A stretch of DNA of 64,000 nucleotides from an uncultured Pseudomonadota bacterium (GCA_963770835.1 CAVYRH010000026.1:352001-416000); one strand, 5' to 3'. Counted from the stretch's first letter, positions 9,566-20,285 are shown. Made by a program: numbers and translations. The notes: generated by a model from the letters alone, not told the origin.

Positions 9566-12500
9566 GTGCGACAGAAAATCGTTTTTAAATTTTTGGTTTT
9601 GGGATTGGTTGCAAGCGCTTCCCCGGTTTTTGCCCAAACAGTGACGGTCAATGCCGGCGTGACTTATCAAACCATCTCCGGTTTCGGGGCGGCCAGCGCG
9701 TTAAACGCCTATCAGGTTTTCAACGATATCGGCACGATTGAGAACACCCTCTGGGCGGACGATTCGAGCCAACCTCCCGCATCCCAAGTCAACGGCGATG
9801 TCGGGCTCTCCATCCTGCGCATGGCCATCGACTATACCAGCGAACCCACCGGCAACTGGGATACGGGTAAAGAAGTGTCGGTGGCGGTTGATGCGCTGAA
9901 GGTCAACCCCAACCTGAGGATCTTCGCCAGCGAGTGGAGCCCGCCGGCCGCTTGGAAGAACAACAACAACGGCAACGGCAACAATACGGGCAACGACAAC
10001 TTCAATCCGGGCACCAACACCAACCAGCTCAACCACGCCGACTGGGCTAATTACGCCACCTACCAGACAAGTTTTGTCACGGCCATGAAGAACACCTACG
10101 GATTCACCCCTTACGCCATCTCCGTCCAAAACGAACCGGACTACGATACCAACTACGGTTCCTGCCTTTGGGCGCCTTCGGATTTCGACACCTACATCAG
10201 CACCTACCTGGGCCCGGACCTCAAGACCGCCGGTTTCAACCCGATCATCATGATGCCGGAGTCCTTCGCGGACAACCTTACGGGGTCCGCTACCGCCATG
10301 GCGGATTCGGCCGCAGCGACCTTCGTGAAAGTCATCGGCATGCACCTCTACGGCGGCGGCCCCAACACGGTCCCGGCCTCCTACTCCACCACGGCAGGCC
10401 ATACGGTTGAAGCCTGGGAAACCGAAATTTCCGATTTCGCGGCCAATGATTCCAGCATGACCAGCGGGTTGAAATACGCCAACCAGATCCACAGCTGCAT
10501 CGTGGATCATAATTTCAACGCTTATAACTATTGGTGGATCCTGAACATCAATACCGATAACGAAGGGCTCTACGGAGCCAGCAACTCAACCACTCCCACC
10601 ATGCGGCTCTTTTGCCTGGGAAATTTCAGCAAGTTTATCCGCCCGGGTTTCGTGCGCATTTCCTGCACTGAAGCGCCCTCGGCAGGGGTTTCAGTCTCGG
10701 CCTACTACGGCTCGTCCACCAATAAGGTCGTAGTCGTGGCTATTAACAACAACACCTCGACGTTCAACCTGCCCGTTAGCTTTACTGGACTCAATGTCTC
10801 CACGGTCTATCCCTGGGTCACAGACTCGAGCAATAACTTAGTCCAGCAGACGGCGGTGACAGCCACCGGAGGAAGCTTTACCTATACATTACCATCTCAA
10901 AGCGTGGTCAGTTTCGTCGCCGCAGTGTCCAGCGGTTCAACGCCCACTCCAACCTCGACCCCGACCGCAACCCGGACCAACACCCCCGCCAACACCCCAA
11001 CCTCCACAGCCACCTTAACCCGCACCAATACAGCCACTAACAGTCCCACCAAAACCACCACCCCCAGCCCGACGGGCACAGCGACTTCGAGCCCCACCTC
11101 CTCGGCAACCAGTACGGCCACTTCTACCCCCACCAACACAGTTGCCAACACTCCTACCGCCACGGCTTCTTCCACCGCGAGCCGCACGGCCACCGCCAGC
11201 CCCACCGCCACCTTCACCAACACGCCCACTGGGACGGCCACGATGACATCCACGGCATCAGCCACGAACACCCCAAGCAAGACTTCAACGACTACGGCAA
11301 CCGGTACGCCCACCAACACGACTTCCTTGACCCCGACGGCTACCGCCACCAATACGCTGACGTTGACGCCGACAAACACGGCTACGTCGACGTTGATCAA
11401 TTCGGCGACGCCTACCAACACGACCACGAATACGGGCACTTCGACAGCCACTGGATCCGCGACCACCACCGCCACGAAAACAGCGACTTCTACAGCTGCC
11501 AGCACCTTGACGTTGACCCCCTCTAGTACGCCATCGAGCACCCCGACCAAGACCCCAACGGCTACGGCAACCGGTTCAGCCACTAACACGGCTTCTTCCA
11601 CTCCGACTACTACTGCCACCAATACACCGACGTTGACGCCGACAAACACGACTACGTCGACATTGATTAATTCCGCGACGCCTACCTATACGCCCGCGGA
11701 TACGGCTACCTCGACAGCCACCGGGTCCGCCACCAATACTGCCACCAAAACAGCGACCGTTACCGCAACCAATACCTTGATCAATTCCCCAACGCCTTCT
11801 GACACGCCCACGAATACGGCCACATCAACCGCTACTGGAACACCTACTAATACCCTGACGCAAGCATCGACCACTACGCCCACCAATACCGCGACTTCGA
11901 CCCTCACTGCCACCGCGACCAATACCCTGATCAATTCTGCAACGCCTACAAAAACAGCCACTCAGACACCCACCCGCACAACAACGGTAACTCCCACCAA
12001 TAGCCCCACCTCTACGCCCACATCGACTCCTACCGACACATTGATCGACACCGCTACCTCCACTTCGAGTCGGACCGCTACTTCCACTGCCACCTTTACA
12101 ACGACCAACACCTCCACCTGCACGGTGACTTCAACCACAACCGCTACACCCACAGTTACGTCTTCCTCGACTCCAACTGAAGTAACGGTGGCGGCATCCC
12201 AAGGTTCCAATCCACCTGGTAATTCGAACCAGGCGTCCGGGGCAATTAATGTTCCTGTTCAACAGGTCCAATTAGCGAATCCCAGCACTACCGTCATCAA
12301 TATGACGAGTTTGACCTTGTCGGTATCGGGGGCAGGGGACCCCTCGGACATCACGAGTTTGACGTTGTTGGCCAATGGGTTGCCTATTGCCACCACGACC
12401 GTCTCGGGGACGACGGCGACCTTATCGTTCAGCGGAAACATCTCGGCTTCTTCGAGCGTGACTTACAGGGTGGTAGTTAACTTTGGGACGAATGCGAGCG

Positions 12501-12934
12501 GTACCTATTCCTTTAGCGTGACGGGGGCCAGCGGGAACAACGGGCAGGCGGTTCAGTTCAGCGGGTTATCGGTGGCCGGAGCCACTATTACCGTTTCGCA
12601 TCCGACTTCTACCCCCACTTCCAGCCCGACGGTGACCGTTACCGCAACGCCCGCCGACAATACGGTGGTGTTGGTCTACCCCAATCCGGCCACGGGTTCC
12701 AGTGTGAACGTACTGGCCCCGGCTTACAGCGGCAGTGAGGATGTGAGGGTTGAAATCTTCACCCTGGGTTTCCGCAAGGTATTGGATGAGCCTTTCCAAG
12801 ATGTTCCCGCAGGGAAGCCTGTAACCGTTCAACTAAAAGATCAATGGGGGACGCCCCTGGCGAACGGGCTTTACTACGTCATGGTGACCGTAGATGGAAA
12901 ACACTCAACCGCGAAATTGTTAATCCTTCGTTAG
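9566..12934 (+). CDS. Secreted GH30 paralog + Thr-rich linker + Ig-like domain + C-terminal sorting-like domain
   Basis: QNEPD and WETE motifs. Catalytic head is paralogous to 5886, tail is paralogous to 1316..3712. Confidence 0.9.
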   Translation: MRQKIVFKFLVLGLVASASPVFAQTVTVNAGVTYQTISGFGAASALNAYQVFNDIGTIENTLWADDSSQPPASQVNGDVGLSILRMAIDYTSEPTGNWDTGKEVSVAVDALKVNPNLRIFASEWSPPAAWKNNNNGNGNNTGNDNFNPGTNTNQLNHADWANYATYQTSFVTAMKNTYGFTPYAISVQNEPDYDTNYGSCLWAPSDFDTYISTYLGPDLKTAGFNPIIMMPESFADNLTGSATAMADSAAATFVKVIGMHLYGGGPNTVPASYSTTAGHTVEAWETEISDFAANDSSMTSGLKYANQIHSCIVDHNFNAYNYWWILNINTDNEGLYGASNSTTPTMRLFCLGNFSKFIRPGFVRISCTEAPSAGVSVSAYYGSSTNKVVVVAINNNTSTFNLPVSFTGLNVSTVYPWVTDSSNNLVQQTAVTATGGSFTYTLPSQSVVSFVAAVSSGSTPTPTSTPTATRTNTPANTPTSTATLTRTNTATNSPTKTTTPSPTGTATSSPTSSATSTATSTPTNTVANTPTATASSTASRTATASPTATFTNTPTGTATMTSTASATNTPSKTSTTTATGTPTNTTSLTPTATATNTLTLTPTNTATSTLINSATPTNTTTNTGTSTATGSATTTATKTATSTAASTLTLTPSSTPSSTPTKTPTATATGSATNTASSTPTTTATNTPTLTPTNTTTSTLINSATPTYTPADTATSTATGSATNTATKTATVTATNTLINSPTPSDTPTNTATSTATGTPTNTLTQASTTTPTNTATSTLTATATNTLINSATPTKTATQTPTRTTTVTPTNSPTSTPTSTPTDTLIDTATSTSSRTATSTATFTTTNTSTCTVTSTTTATPTVTSSSTPTEVTVAASQGSNPPGNSNQASGAINVPVQQVQLANPSTTVINMTSLTLSVSGAGDPSDITSLTLLANGLPIATTTVSGTTATLSFSGNISASSSVTYRVVVNFGTNASGTYSFSVTGASGNNGQAVQFSGLSVAGATITVSHPTSTPTSSPTVTVTATPADNTVVLVYPNPATGSSVNVLAPAYSGSEDVRVEIFTLGFRKVLDEPFQDVPAGKPVTVQLKDQWGTPLANGLYYVMVTVDGKHSTAKLLILR

Positions 12935-13151
12935 GCTTCAATCTTCCGAAAACTTCACCATCCGCATATCCAAAGTAAATGAACTTTGGGAGGGTGGGTT
13001 TGGAATGTATATTTTTCAATGTTTTGTTCGAATCAAACGTGAAAGAAGTTTTTGATTTGTCGGGTAAAAGTTTTTTATTAAAGCGGTGGCTTCTCCTACA
13101 TTTTGCGCAAATGGGGACGTTGTATCCAAAAACACGGCCATTTCGTTCTCC

Positions 13152-13180
13152 TTGACCTCCAAAAATGACTCGACTAGAAT
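13152..13180 (+). promoter_or_regulatory. Sigma70-like promoter of the bc-complex operon
   Basis: TTGACC-N17-TAGAAT. Confidence 0.6.
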
Positions 13181-13212
13181 ACGCTCTGTTTTTCATGCCT
13201 TGCCGCCTATCG

Positions 13213-13239
13213 ACTCCACCGACCGGGTGGAGTTTTTTT
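13213..13239 (+). terminator. Intrinsic-terminator-like hairpin in the Rieske leader
   Basis: ACTCCACC/GGTGGAGT stem followed by a T run. Confidence 0.5.
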
Positions 13240-13280
13240 GTTGTCATTCCGTTATTTCAAAGATCCAGCGGAGCTCTTGA

Positions 13281-14315
13281 ATGACGCCTCGTCGTAACGG
13301 GCAATATCCTTTTTTTCTTTTCTTGGTGACAGCCCTTTTATCCCCGGCCGTCGCATTGGCGAATGCGGATTTATCCGATACAGCTTCCTTCGTCACCGCC
13401 ATCATCACGATCGGCGTCATTGGCTTCGGACTTCTGGCCGCCTACGTGGTTTTCTTAACTTCGCGGTTTTTGTGGGACGCCTACAAAGAGTTCGCGAAGG
13501 CAAGAAAAGAGGCTGTCGCCCATGCTGCCCCTCATGAGAAGAAAGAGGGACAGAGGGCGATTGCGGCGGCTTTCGGGTTAAGTTCCCTCTACGCGATTCT
13601 TTCTGTTGGCATCCTCTTCATCGCCTTCCTGATCGTCACTTCGGGACTGGATCCTTCTTTCACCAAGGCCTTGAGTTTGTTCCTTATCAACTTTGGGGTT
13701 GGGGGCTTTGCCCTTCTCCTCCTATATAGTGTTTATTTAATAGCCACTGTACTTTGGAGAAAGATAGCCAAACCTGTTGAAGCCGCCCCAGTCGAAGGGT
13801 CCCTCGCCGGGATTCCGCTTAACCCTGTTGTCACACGTCGTTCTTTTCTTTCTTTATTGGGGTGGGCCTGGGTGGTCTTCACGGCCGCTACCATGGGGGC
13901 CTTGACCACGGTTCTTCGCTTCTTTTTCCCCAACGTCACTTTCGAGCCGCCCCTGAAGTTTATGGCAGGTTTTCCCGACACCTATTCCATCGGAGTGGAT
14001 GAAAGGTATAAGGAATCCCACCGTTGCTGGATCGTCCGCAATAACCAGGGGTTTTACGCCCTTTCCACCATTTGTACCCACCTGGGCTGTACGCCCAACT
14101 GGCTGCAAGCTGAACAAAAGTTCAAATGCCCCTGCCATGGAAGTGGTTACTACATCACTGGCGTTAATTTCGAGGGGCCGGCGCCGCGCCCCCTCCCGCG
14201 TTTCAACATCATCCTGGCCGACGACGGGCAGATTCAAGTCGACGAGGCTACCCAGTACCAACAGGAATTGGGACAGTGGGGCCTGCCAGGATCGTTTTTG
14301 GATTACAAGGCTTAA
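13281..14315 (+). CDS. qcrA: Rieske [2Fe-2S] subunit of a cytochrome bc complex with extra N-terminal TM helices
   Basis: CTHLGC and CPCHGS motifs, GPAPRPL, internal TRRSFL Tat motif. Confidence 0.9.
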   Translation: MTPRRNGQYPFFLFLVTALLSPAVALANADLSDTASFVTAIITIGVIGFGLLAAYVVFLTSRFLWDAYKEFAKARKEAVAHAAPHEKKEGQRAIAAAFGLSSLYAILSVGILFIAFLIVTSGLDPSFTKALSLFLINFGVGGFALLLLYSVYLIATVLWRKIAKPVEAAPVEGSLAGIPLNPVVTRRSFLSLLGWAWVVFTAATMGALTTVLRFFFPNVTFEPPLKFMAGFPDTYSIGVDERYKESHRCWIVRNNQGFYALSTICTHLGCTPNWLQAEQKFKCPCHGSGYYITGVNFEGPAPRPLPRFNIILADDGQIQVDEATQYQQELGQWGLPGSFLDYKA

Positions 14316-14371
14316 CGACAGCTGACAGTCTGTAGTTCGCAGTCGGCAGATGAGGCTTAAAGGAGTTGAAA

Positions 14372-15202
14372 ATGTTGGAAGGTTTGAAAAAGAAAATCGA
14401 GGAACTCAAGGCCAACCGGCCTTCCCCCGAAGCGGTTAAAAAAGCCATCGCCGAGGGCCAGATATGGAAATCCGTTTTCCGGCACGGGTATCCGGACACC
14501 CCCCGTAACCGCATCATGGCGGTTCTCTCCAATTTGTTCCTGCACCTTCACCCGGTGAAAGTACGCCATTCAGGCGTCAAAATGAGCTACACCTGGTGCA
14601 TGGGCGGGCTGTCCTTCTTCCTTTTCTTGAACCTCACCGTGACGGGCGTGCTCCTCATGTTTTACTACCGGCCCACGGCCGAATACGCCTATTACGATAT
14701 CGTGGCCCTGCGGGAGCACGTGCCCTTAGGGATCATGCGCGAACTGCACCGCTGGGGTGCCCATGCCATGGTCATCGCGGTATGGCTTCACATGTTCCGG
14801 GTTTTCATGACCGGCTCTTACAAACCTCCCCGCGAATTCAACTGGGTCATCGGCGTGGTGCTCCTGGTCTTGACCTTGCTTCTTTCCTTCACCGGCTACC
14901 TTTTGCCCTGGGATCAGCTGGCCATGTGGGCCATCACAGTGGGAACCAATATGGCGCGCGCCACTCCTTTCATGGGATATGAGGGGCCCGGCGCTTCCAT
15001 GCTCCAAATCGGCGGGGTCAAGCTGGTGACCGGGGGTTCGGATATCCACTTCGCCCTTTTAGGCGGGCATTTCGTTTCGGAAGCCACCTTGCTGCGTTTT
15101 TACGTGTTGCATTGCGTTTTCATCCCGCTGGTGGCCGCCACTTTGATGGCCATCCATTTTTGGCGGGTGCGCAAAGACGGGGGAATCAGCGGGCCTCTTT
15201 GA
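14372..15202 (+). CDS. qcrB: Cytochrome b N-terminal (b6-like) subunit
   Basis: [44 protein letters not shown]. Confidence 0.92.
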   Translation: MLEGLKKKIEELKANRPSPEAVKKAIAEGQIWKSVFRHGYPDTPRNRIMAVLSNLFLHLHPVKVRHSGVKMSYTWCMGGLSFFLFLNLTVTGVLLMFYYRPTAEYAYYDIVALREHVPLGIMRELHRWGAHAMVIAVWLHMFRVFMTGSYKPPREFNWVIGVVLLVLTLLLSFTGYLLPWDQLAMWAITVGTNMARATPFMGYEGPGASMLQIGGVKLVTGGSDIHFALLGGHFVSEATLLRFYVLHCVFIPLVAATLMAIHFWRVRKDGGISGPL

Positions 15203-15243
15203 GGCTCGAATTCATTTTGAGCTGAAGCTCAAATCGGGGAACC

Positions 15244-16329
15244 ATGCATTTTTTACTTAATTTCGTCAACGCCTTGTTCAATCCGGTCACTTATTTCTTC
15301 GGTTCCGTGATTGGTTTTTGGGCCATGGTAAAGTACCGGGAAAAATGGACCGAACCCCAGTTCGCCCTGAAGTTATTGGTCGGGGTGCTGGCGGCCCTGG
15401 GCCTTTCCATGTTTAACGACCATTTCCGGGATATTTCCACCAAGTCGGACAATGTCCCCATTTTCCTCATGGTTTTCTCCGTGGGGTTCTTCACCTGGCT
15501 TTCCTTCCGCCAGGCGGTGGTGAACGACCGCCGGCTTTCCCAGGGCCAGCCGCCCGTTGAAAAAGAAACCTCGGACAAGAAGGTCTATGTCTGGCCCGAC
15601 CTGGTTTACATCGAGTTCATCGCCACCATCGTCGGCGGCGTGGTCCTCCTGGTCTGGTCCCTCTGCCTGCACGCGCCGCTGGAACAGGCCGCCACGCCGG
15701 GATGGACACCCAACCCTTCCAAGGCACCCTGGTACTTTTTGGGCCTGCAGGAAATGTTGGTTTATTACGATCCGTGGCTGGCCGGGGTGGTTTTCCCCAC
15801 CCTTATCATCGTGGGACTCATGGCCATCCCCTATATCGACAAAAACCCCAAGGGCGCGGGCTACTACACCTTTAACGAGCGGAAATACGCCATCATGCCC
15901 TTTCTCTTCGGCTTCCTCATCCTTTGGGTCACCCTCATCTTCCTGGGAACCTTCCTTCGTGGGCCGGGCTGGAACTTTTTCGGGCCCTTCGAGGAATGGG
16001 ACCTTCATAAGGTAGTGGTGCTGAACAACGTCAACCTGTCGGAATACTTCTGGGTCATGCTGTTACGGACGGGGCTGCCGGGTAATCCCATCATCCGGGA
16101 GCTGCCGGGGTTCGCGGTCTTGGCTGTTTACTTCATTCTCCTTCCGCCGTTCTTGACGAAAAAGAGCGCCTTTTTGATGGGCCTTTTGGAGCGCATGGGC
16201 GTGACCCGTTACGCGGTCCTCATGTTCCTGGCCTTGTTCATGGCGGCTCTACCGATCAAGATGCTTTTGCGGTGGTCCATCCATTTGAAATACATCGTAG
16301 GGATACCCGAAGTCTTTTTTAACATTTAG
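15244..16329 (+). CDS. Cytochrome b C-terminal / subunit IV-like membrane protein
   Basis: VWPDL...APLEQ...TPNPSKAPWYF (PEWY equivalent), multiple TMs, operon position. Confidence 0.85.
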   Translation: MHFLLNFVNALFNPVTYFFGSVIGFWAMVKYREKWTEPQFALKLLVGVLAALGLSMFNDHFRDISTKSDNVPIFLMVFSVGFFTWLSFRQAVVNDRRLSQGQPPVEKETSDKKVYVWPDLVYIEFIATIVGGVVLLVWSLCLHAPLEQAATPGWTPNPSKAPWYFLGLQEMLVYYDPWLAGVVFPTLIIVGLMAIPYIDKNPKGAGYYTFNERKYAIMPFLFGFLILWVTLIFLGTFLRGPGWNFFGPFEEWDLHKVVVLNNVNLSEYFWVMLLRTGLPGNPIIRELPGFAVLAVYFILLPPFLTKKSAFLMGLLERMGVTRYAVLMFLALFMAALPIKMLLRWSIHLKYIVGIPEVFFNI

Positions 16330-16344
16330 GATAAGGAACGAACC

Positions 16345-19164
16345 TTGGCTGATTTTAAAGACGAAAGAGCCTACGACAGCCGGACCTTGACGAAGTGGTT
16401 CCTTTGGTCGAGCTTGGCGCTATTGGTTTGCGTCGGCCTGATGGCTTATTTCGACTACCACCGCGACTGGAAGGACTACCAGCGCCGTTTCATGACCTAT
16501 CAGCGCATCAAGAACCGCCAACAACTGAGGGATATCAATGCCAGCGCGGACGTGGCCCAGTACAACCAACTCAGGGCCGATCTCAAGGAAGCCAACCAGG
16601 AGCTCAAAACCCACGAGGACGACGTTAAAAAGTTGACCGATACGGAAGGCAAGCTCGACGCCCAGATTTACAAGACAAAGAACCTGGGCTACCAAATCGT
16701 CAAGGCCCAAATCGACGCGGACAAGTACACCTACGGTGAAGGGTTGAAGAACGGCAAGGATGACGCCAAGCTGAAAAACAAGATCGCCGACGAGATTGAG
16801 GAAGCCGACACCCTGAACCAAAAGATTTTTCAGATGCAGCAGGACCGGGACCAGGCCGCCGCCCAAGTGGCCGATATCACCGCCCAGCGGGACGCGGTCA
16901 AGGCCAAACTCACCAAGATGACGGCCGATTACGTCGCGGTCAAAACCAAGATCCAAAACCTTTCCTTTAGCCCCCTCTTTTACTTCCGCAACGCGATGCT
17001 GTTGGATTTCCTGGCTCCCACCATCCAAATCCAAAAAGTGGTCCTCAAGAACCTTCCCGAGGACCTCTATTTCGCCAGGACCATGCGGGTGGATTCCTGC
17101 ATGACCTGCCACCAGGCCATCGACAAGAAAGGCTTTGAGGACGCCCCCGAGCCTTTCCGCACCCATCCCAACCTGGACCTCTACATGGGTTCCACCAGCC
17201 CGCATCCTATGGATAAGGTGGGCTGCACCATCTGCCACGGCGGCATGGGCCCGGCCGTCAGTTTCAACGGCTGCGCCCACGTGCCCAATGACGAGACGGA
17301 AGGGAAACTCTGGGCCAAGAAATACGGATGGACCTACCCTGAGGGCGTCCAAAGCATCATGGTGCCCCTGAAATTCACAGAAGGTTCCTGTCTAAAATGC
17401 CACGGCAACCAGGAATACGTCAATTTCGCGCCCAAGCTGAACCGGGGCCGGGAACTCATGGTTACCCGGGGCTGTATCGGCTGCCATAAGGTAAAAGGCT
17501 TGGAAGGCCTCACCAAGGCCGGCCCGGAGCTTTACCGGGTAAAAGGAAAACTAACCAAGGAATTCGTGCTCAAGTGGGTCTGGTCGCCGAAGACCTATAA
17601 CCCGGCGGCCAAGATGCCCAGCTTTTTCAACCAAGATAACAACAACGCAAAGGACTTCCCCGATGCCTACGCCAGGAACAAGGCCGAAGTAAACGCCGTA
17701 GTGGACTATATCTTCGACAAGGCCGAGGATTACCACCCCAACCAAGCCGCCCCTCCGGGAAGCGTGGCTGCCGGCAAGAAGCTCTTCAAGGAAGTGGGTT
17801 GCCTGGCCTGCCATGGCATCGACGATGTGACCAGCCACCACGCGGATTTCGCGCCGGACCTATCCTCCATTGGCAGCAAGCTTTCCGCCAACTTCGTCTA
17901 CAGCTGGATCAAAAATCCCCAGCACTTCAATCCTGATACCCGGATGCCTTCCCTGCGCCTCTCCGACAGGGAAGCAGCCGATATCACGGCCTACCTCATG
18001 TCCAAGCGCAACAAAGACTTCGAAGACACCGACGCGCCCCAGTTCGACCCGGCGGTGCGGGACCAGCTGATCGTGGATTACCTCAAACCCCAGGTGGGCC
18101 AGGTCGGCGCCGTGTCCCAATTGGCTGCGATGAACGAGACCGCCCGCCAGATGTACCTGGGCGAGAAGACCCTGAACAAGTACGGTTGTTTCGGCTGCCA
18201 CATGATCAAGGGTTTCGAGACTGCCAATGGAATCGGCACCGAGCTTTCCAATTGGGGCGTCAAACCGATCGGCCAGCTGGATTTCGGGTTCACCGACCCC
18301 GCCCAAATTGCCCGCACTCACGAAGGCTTCCTGGCCGCCAAGCTCTCCAATCCCCGCCAATACGACAAGGACAAGGTGGTGGCTTTCGCCGACAAACTCA
18401 AGATGCCCAACTTTTACCTTTCGGATGACGACCGTGTGTCCATCATGACGGCGGTGCTGGGGCTCACCCAAACCTACATTCCGGACGAAATGACCGCGGG
18501 CATCCACGGCAACGGACCGCTTTTGGAAAAGGGCCGCCGGGTCATCGCCGATTTCAACTGCCGCGGCTGCCACCTGATCGAGGACCAGGGTGGGTGGATC
18601 CGGGAGATGTATAACAAGGAGGGGATCGACCTTTCCCTCGCCCCGCCGAATCTCCACGCGGAAGGCTCCAAGGTGCAGATCGAATGGATGCACGACTTCT
18701 TCCAGAACGTCCATCCCATCCGGCCCTGGCTGCATATCCGCATGCCCAGCTTCCACTGGACCGACGAAAAGCTCAGCAAGGTTATCACCTATTTCAACCT
18801 GAAGGACGACCAGCTTTTCCCCTTCGCCACCGTTACCACGAACCGGCTGACGGGGAAGGATTTCAGCGAAGCGAAAGCCTTATTCACCCAATTGCAGTGC
18901 CAACATTGCCATGTGCTCGGGAGCGAAATGCCCAAGGACATGAATTCGGCCGCGCCCGACCTGTTAAAGGTCCACGAGCGCCTGAAGCCCGATTGGGTGG
19001 TGCAATGGCTGAAAAATCCCCAAGCCATGAGCGACCAGTTCACCCGCATGCCCGGCTTCTGGCCCTCGGACGCCCCCGCCCCCTCCAAGGCCTTCGGCGG
19101 CGACGGCGAAAAGCAGAGGGAAGCCCTGAGGGACTACCTGTTCATGCTGCCCCATTCCCAATAA
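16345..19164 (+). CDS. Membrane-anchored multiheme cytochrome c (8 CxxCH) with coiled-coil stalk
   Basis: CMTCH, CTICH, CLKCH, CIGCH, CLACH, CFGCH, CRGCH, CQHCH. Confidence 0.9.
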   Translation: MADFKDERAYDSRTLTKWFLWSSLALLVCVGLMAYFDYHRDWKDYQRRFMTYQRIKNRQQLRDINASADVAQYNQLRADLKEANQELKTHEDDVKKLTDTEGKLDAQIYKTKNLGYQIVKAQIDADKYTYGEGLKNGKDDAKLKNKIADEIEEADTLNQKIFQMQQDRDQAAAQVADITAQRDAVKAKLTKMTADYVAVKTKIQNLSFSPLFYFRNAMLLDFLAPTIQIQKVVLKNLPEDLYFARTMRVDSCMTCHQAIDKKGFEDAPEPFRTHPNLDLYMGSTSPHPMDKVGCTICHGGMGPAVSFNGCAHVPNDETEGKLWAKKYGWTYPEGVQSIMVPLKFTEGSCLKCHGNQEYVNFAPKLNRGRELMVTRGCIGCHKVKGLEGLTKAGPELYRVKGKLTKEFVLKWVWSPKTYNPAAKMPSFFNQDNNNAKDFPDAYARNKAEVNAVVDYIFDKAEDYHPNQAAPPGSVAAGKKLFKEVGCLACHGIDDVTSHHADFAPDLSSIGSKLSANFVYSWIKNPQHFNPDTRMPSLRLSDREAADITAYLMSKRNKDFEDTDAPQFDPAVRDQLIVDYLKPQVGQVGAVSQLAAMNETARQMYLGEKTLNKYGCFGCHMIKGFETANGIGTELSNWGVKPIGQLDFGFTDPAQIARTHEGFLAAKLSNPRQYDKDKVVAFADKLKMPNFYLSDDDRVSIMTAVLGLTQTYIPDEMTAGIHGNGPLLEKGRRVIADFNCRGCHLIEDQGGWIREMYNKEGIDLSLAPPNLHAEGSKVQIEWMHDFFQNVHPIRPWLHIRMPSFHWTDEKLSKVITYFNLKDDQLFPFATVTTNRLTGKDFSEAKALFTQLQCQHCHVLGSEMPKDMNSAAPDLLKVHERLKPDWVVQWLKNPQAMSDQFTRMPGFWPSDAPAPSKAFGGDGEKQREALRDYLFMLPHSQ

Positions 19165-19336
19165 AAATATCCTCGGGAAAAAAGATAATGGGGCAAGTCA
19201 TTTTGTCTTCTGGGATTTCATTAAGGAGAAAATGGCTGGGAAAAGGCCAGTAACCCCCCGGTTGAGGCGGCTTGCTTTTAAGCGGCCCGTGCTCCTAAAG
19301 TGAATTCTGTTTCCCCGAGGACGACACCTATCCCAA

Positions 19337-19352
19337 TGTGACTCAGGTCATA
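19337..19352. promoter_or_regulatory. CRP/FNR-family-like box
   Basis: TGTGA-N6-TCATA; the same half-sites occur at 44280. Confidence 0.55.
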
Positions 19353-19448
19353 GGTAAAGCGGGGCAGATTGAAAGATGATGCGGCGCTGAGGCCCACTGT
19401 CCGGGGCCTTCCGGCCAAGCCAGATTTTAGAACCTAAGGAGAGAAAAG

Positions 19449-20222
19449 ATGGACTTGAGAAAAATTACGGCATTCCTGCTGGCGGCGGGCTTGGTGGCCG
19501 TTGCCGGCTGCGGCAGCAAGGACGAGGATGAGGGATTCGGCCAGGGGGGCGGCGGAAACAGGACCGTAGCCGCGGCGACCGCCTTGGGAACAGCCTCCGT
19601 TACGGGGAAAGTCACTTTGACCGGCAAGGCCCCGGCGGCGGCCGTCATCAGCATGGACGCGGACCCGGTCTGTAAATCCCAGCACGCCACCTCGCCAAAG
19701 GATGAGATGGTCGTGGCTGACGCCAAGGGCGACCTGGCCAACGTTTTCGTTTACGTGACGGACGGCCCTTCCGTGGCTGCCCCCGCTACCCCGGTCACCC
19801 TGGCCCAGCACGGGTGCATGTATACCCCCCACGTCTTCGGCATCCAGGTCAACCAGCCCCTGGAGATCGTCAACCAGGACCCTACGCTGCACAACATCCA
19901 TTGCATGGCCGTCACCAATGACGCCTTCAACGTGGGCCAGCCTACCCAGGGCATGGTTTCTGAAAAGAAATTCAGCAAGCCCGAGGTATTGGTGAAATTC
20001 AAGTGCGACGTCCACAGCTGGATGCACTGCGCCGCGGGTGTGGTGAACAACCCCTTCTTCGCCGTGACAGGGACCGACGGCAGTTTCAAGATTTCCCAGC
20101 TTCCCAAGGGCAGCTACACTGTGGTGGCGGTGCATGAGAAATACGGGGCATCCCAGCCGCAGACGGTGACCCTGGCGGACGGGGCGAGCCAAGCCGTGAA
20201 CTTCACCTTCGCCGCCCAGTAA
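19449..20222 (+). CDS. Lipoprotein with cupredoxin-like and carboxypeptidase-regulatory-like domains
   Basis: Lipobox VAGC; HNIH...KCDVHSWM copper-type ligands; FAVTGTDGSFKI. Confidence 0.75.
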   Translation: MDLRKITAFLLAAGLVAVAGCGSKDEDEGFGQGGGGNRTVAAATALGTASVTGKVTLTGKAPAAAVISMDADPVCKSQHATSPKDEMVVADAKGDLANVFVYVTDGPSVAAPATPVTLAQHGCMYTPHVFGIQVNQPLEIVNQDPTLHNIHCMAVTNDAFNVGQPTQGMVSEKKFSKPEVLVKFKCDVHSWMHCAAGVVNNPFFAVTGTDGSFKISQLPKGSYTVVAVHEKYGASQPQTVTLADGASQAVNFTFAAQ

Positions 20223-20252
20223 GCTTTCATTACCGGCTGTTTCGAAATACCG

Positions 20253-20285
20253 GGCCCCGGGACATTCCCGGGGCCTTTGTTTTTT
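20253..20285 (+). terminator. Intrinsic terminator-like hairpin
   Basis: GGCCCCGGGA/TCCCGGGGCC followed by a T-rich tail. Confidence 0.6.

Noticed and set aside
7216..12180. Repetitive DNA as a CRISPR array
   Set aside because: In-frame degenerate coding repeats with no constant repeat/unique spacer structure and no cas genes.
2392..12441. Long Val-rich minus-strand ORFs (e.g. 2392-3360, 7175-8398, 10897-11649)
   Set aside because: Antisense shadows of the Thr/Pro linker codons.
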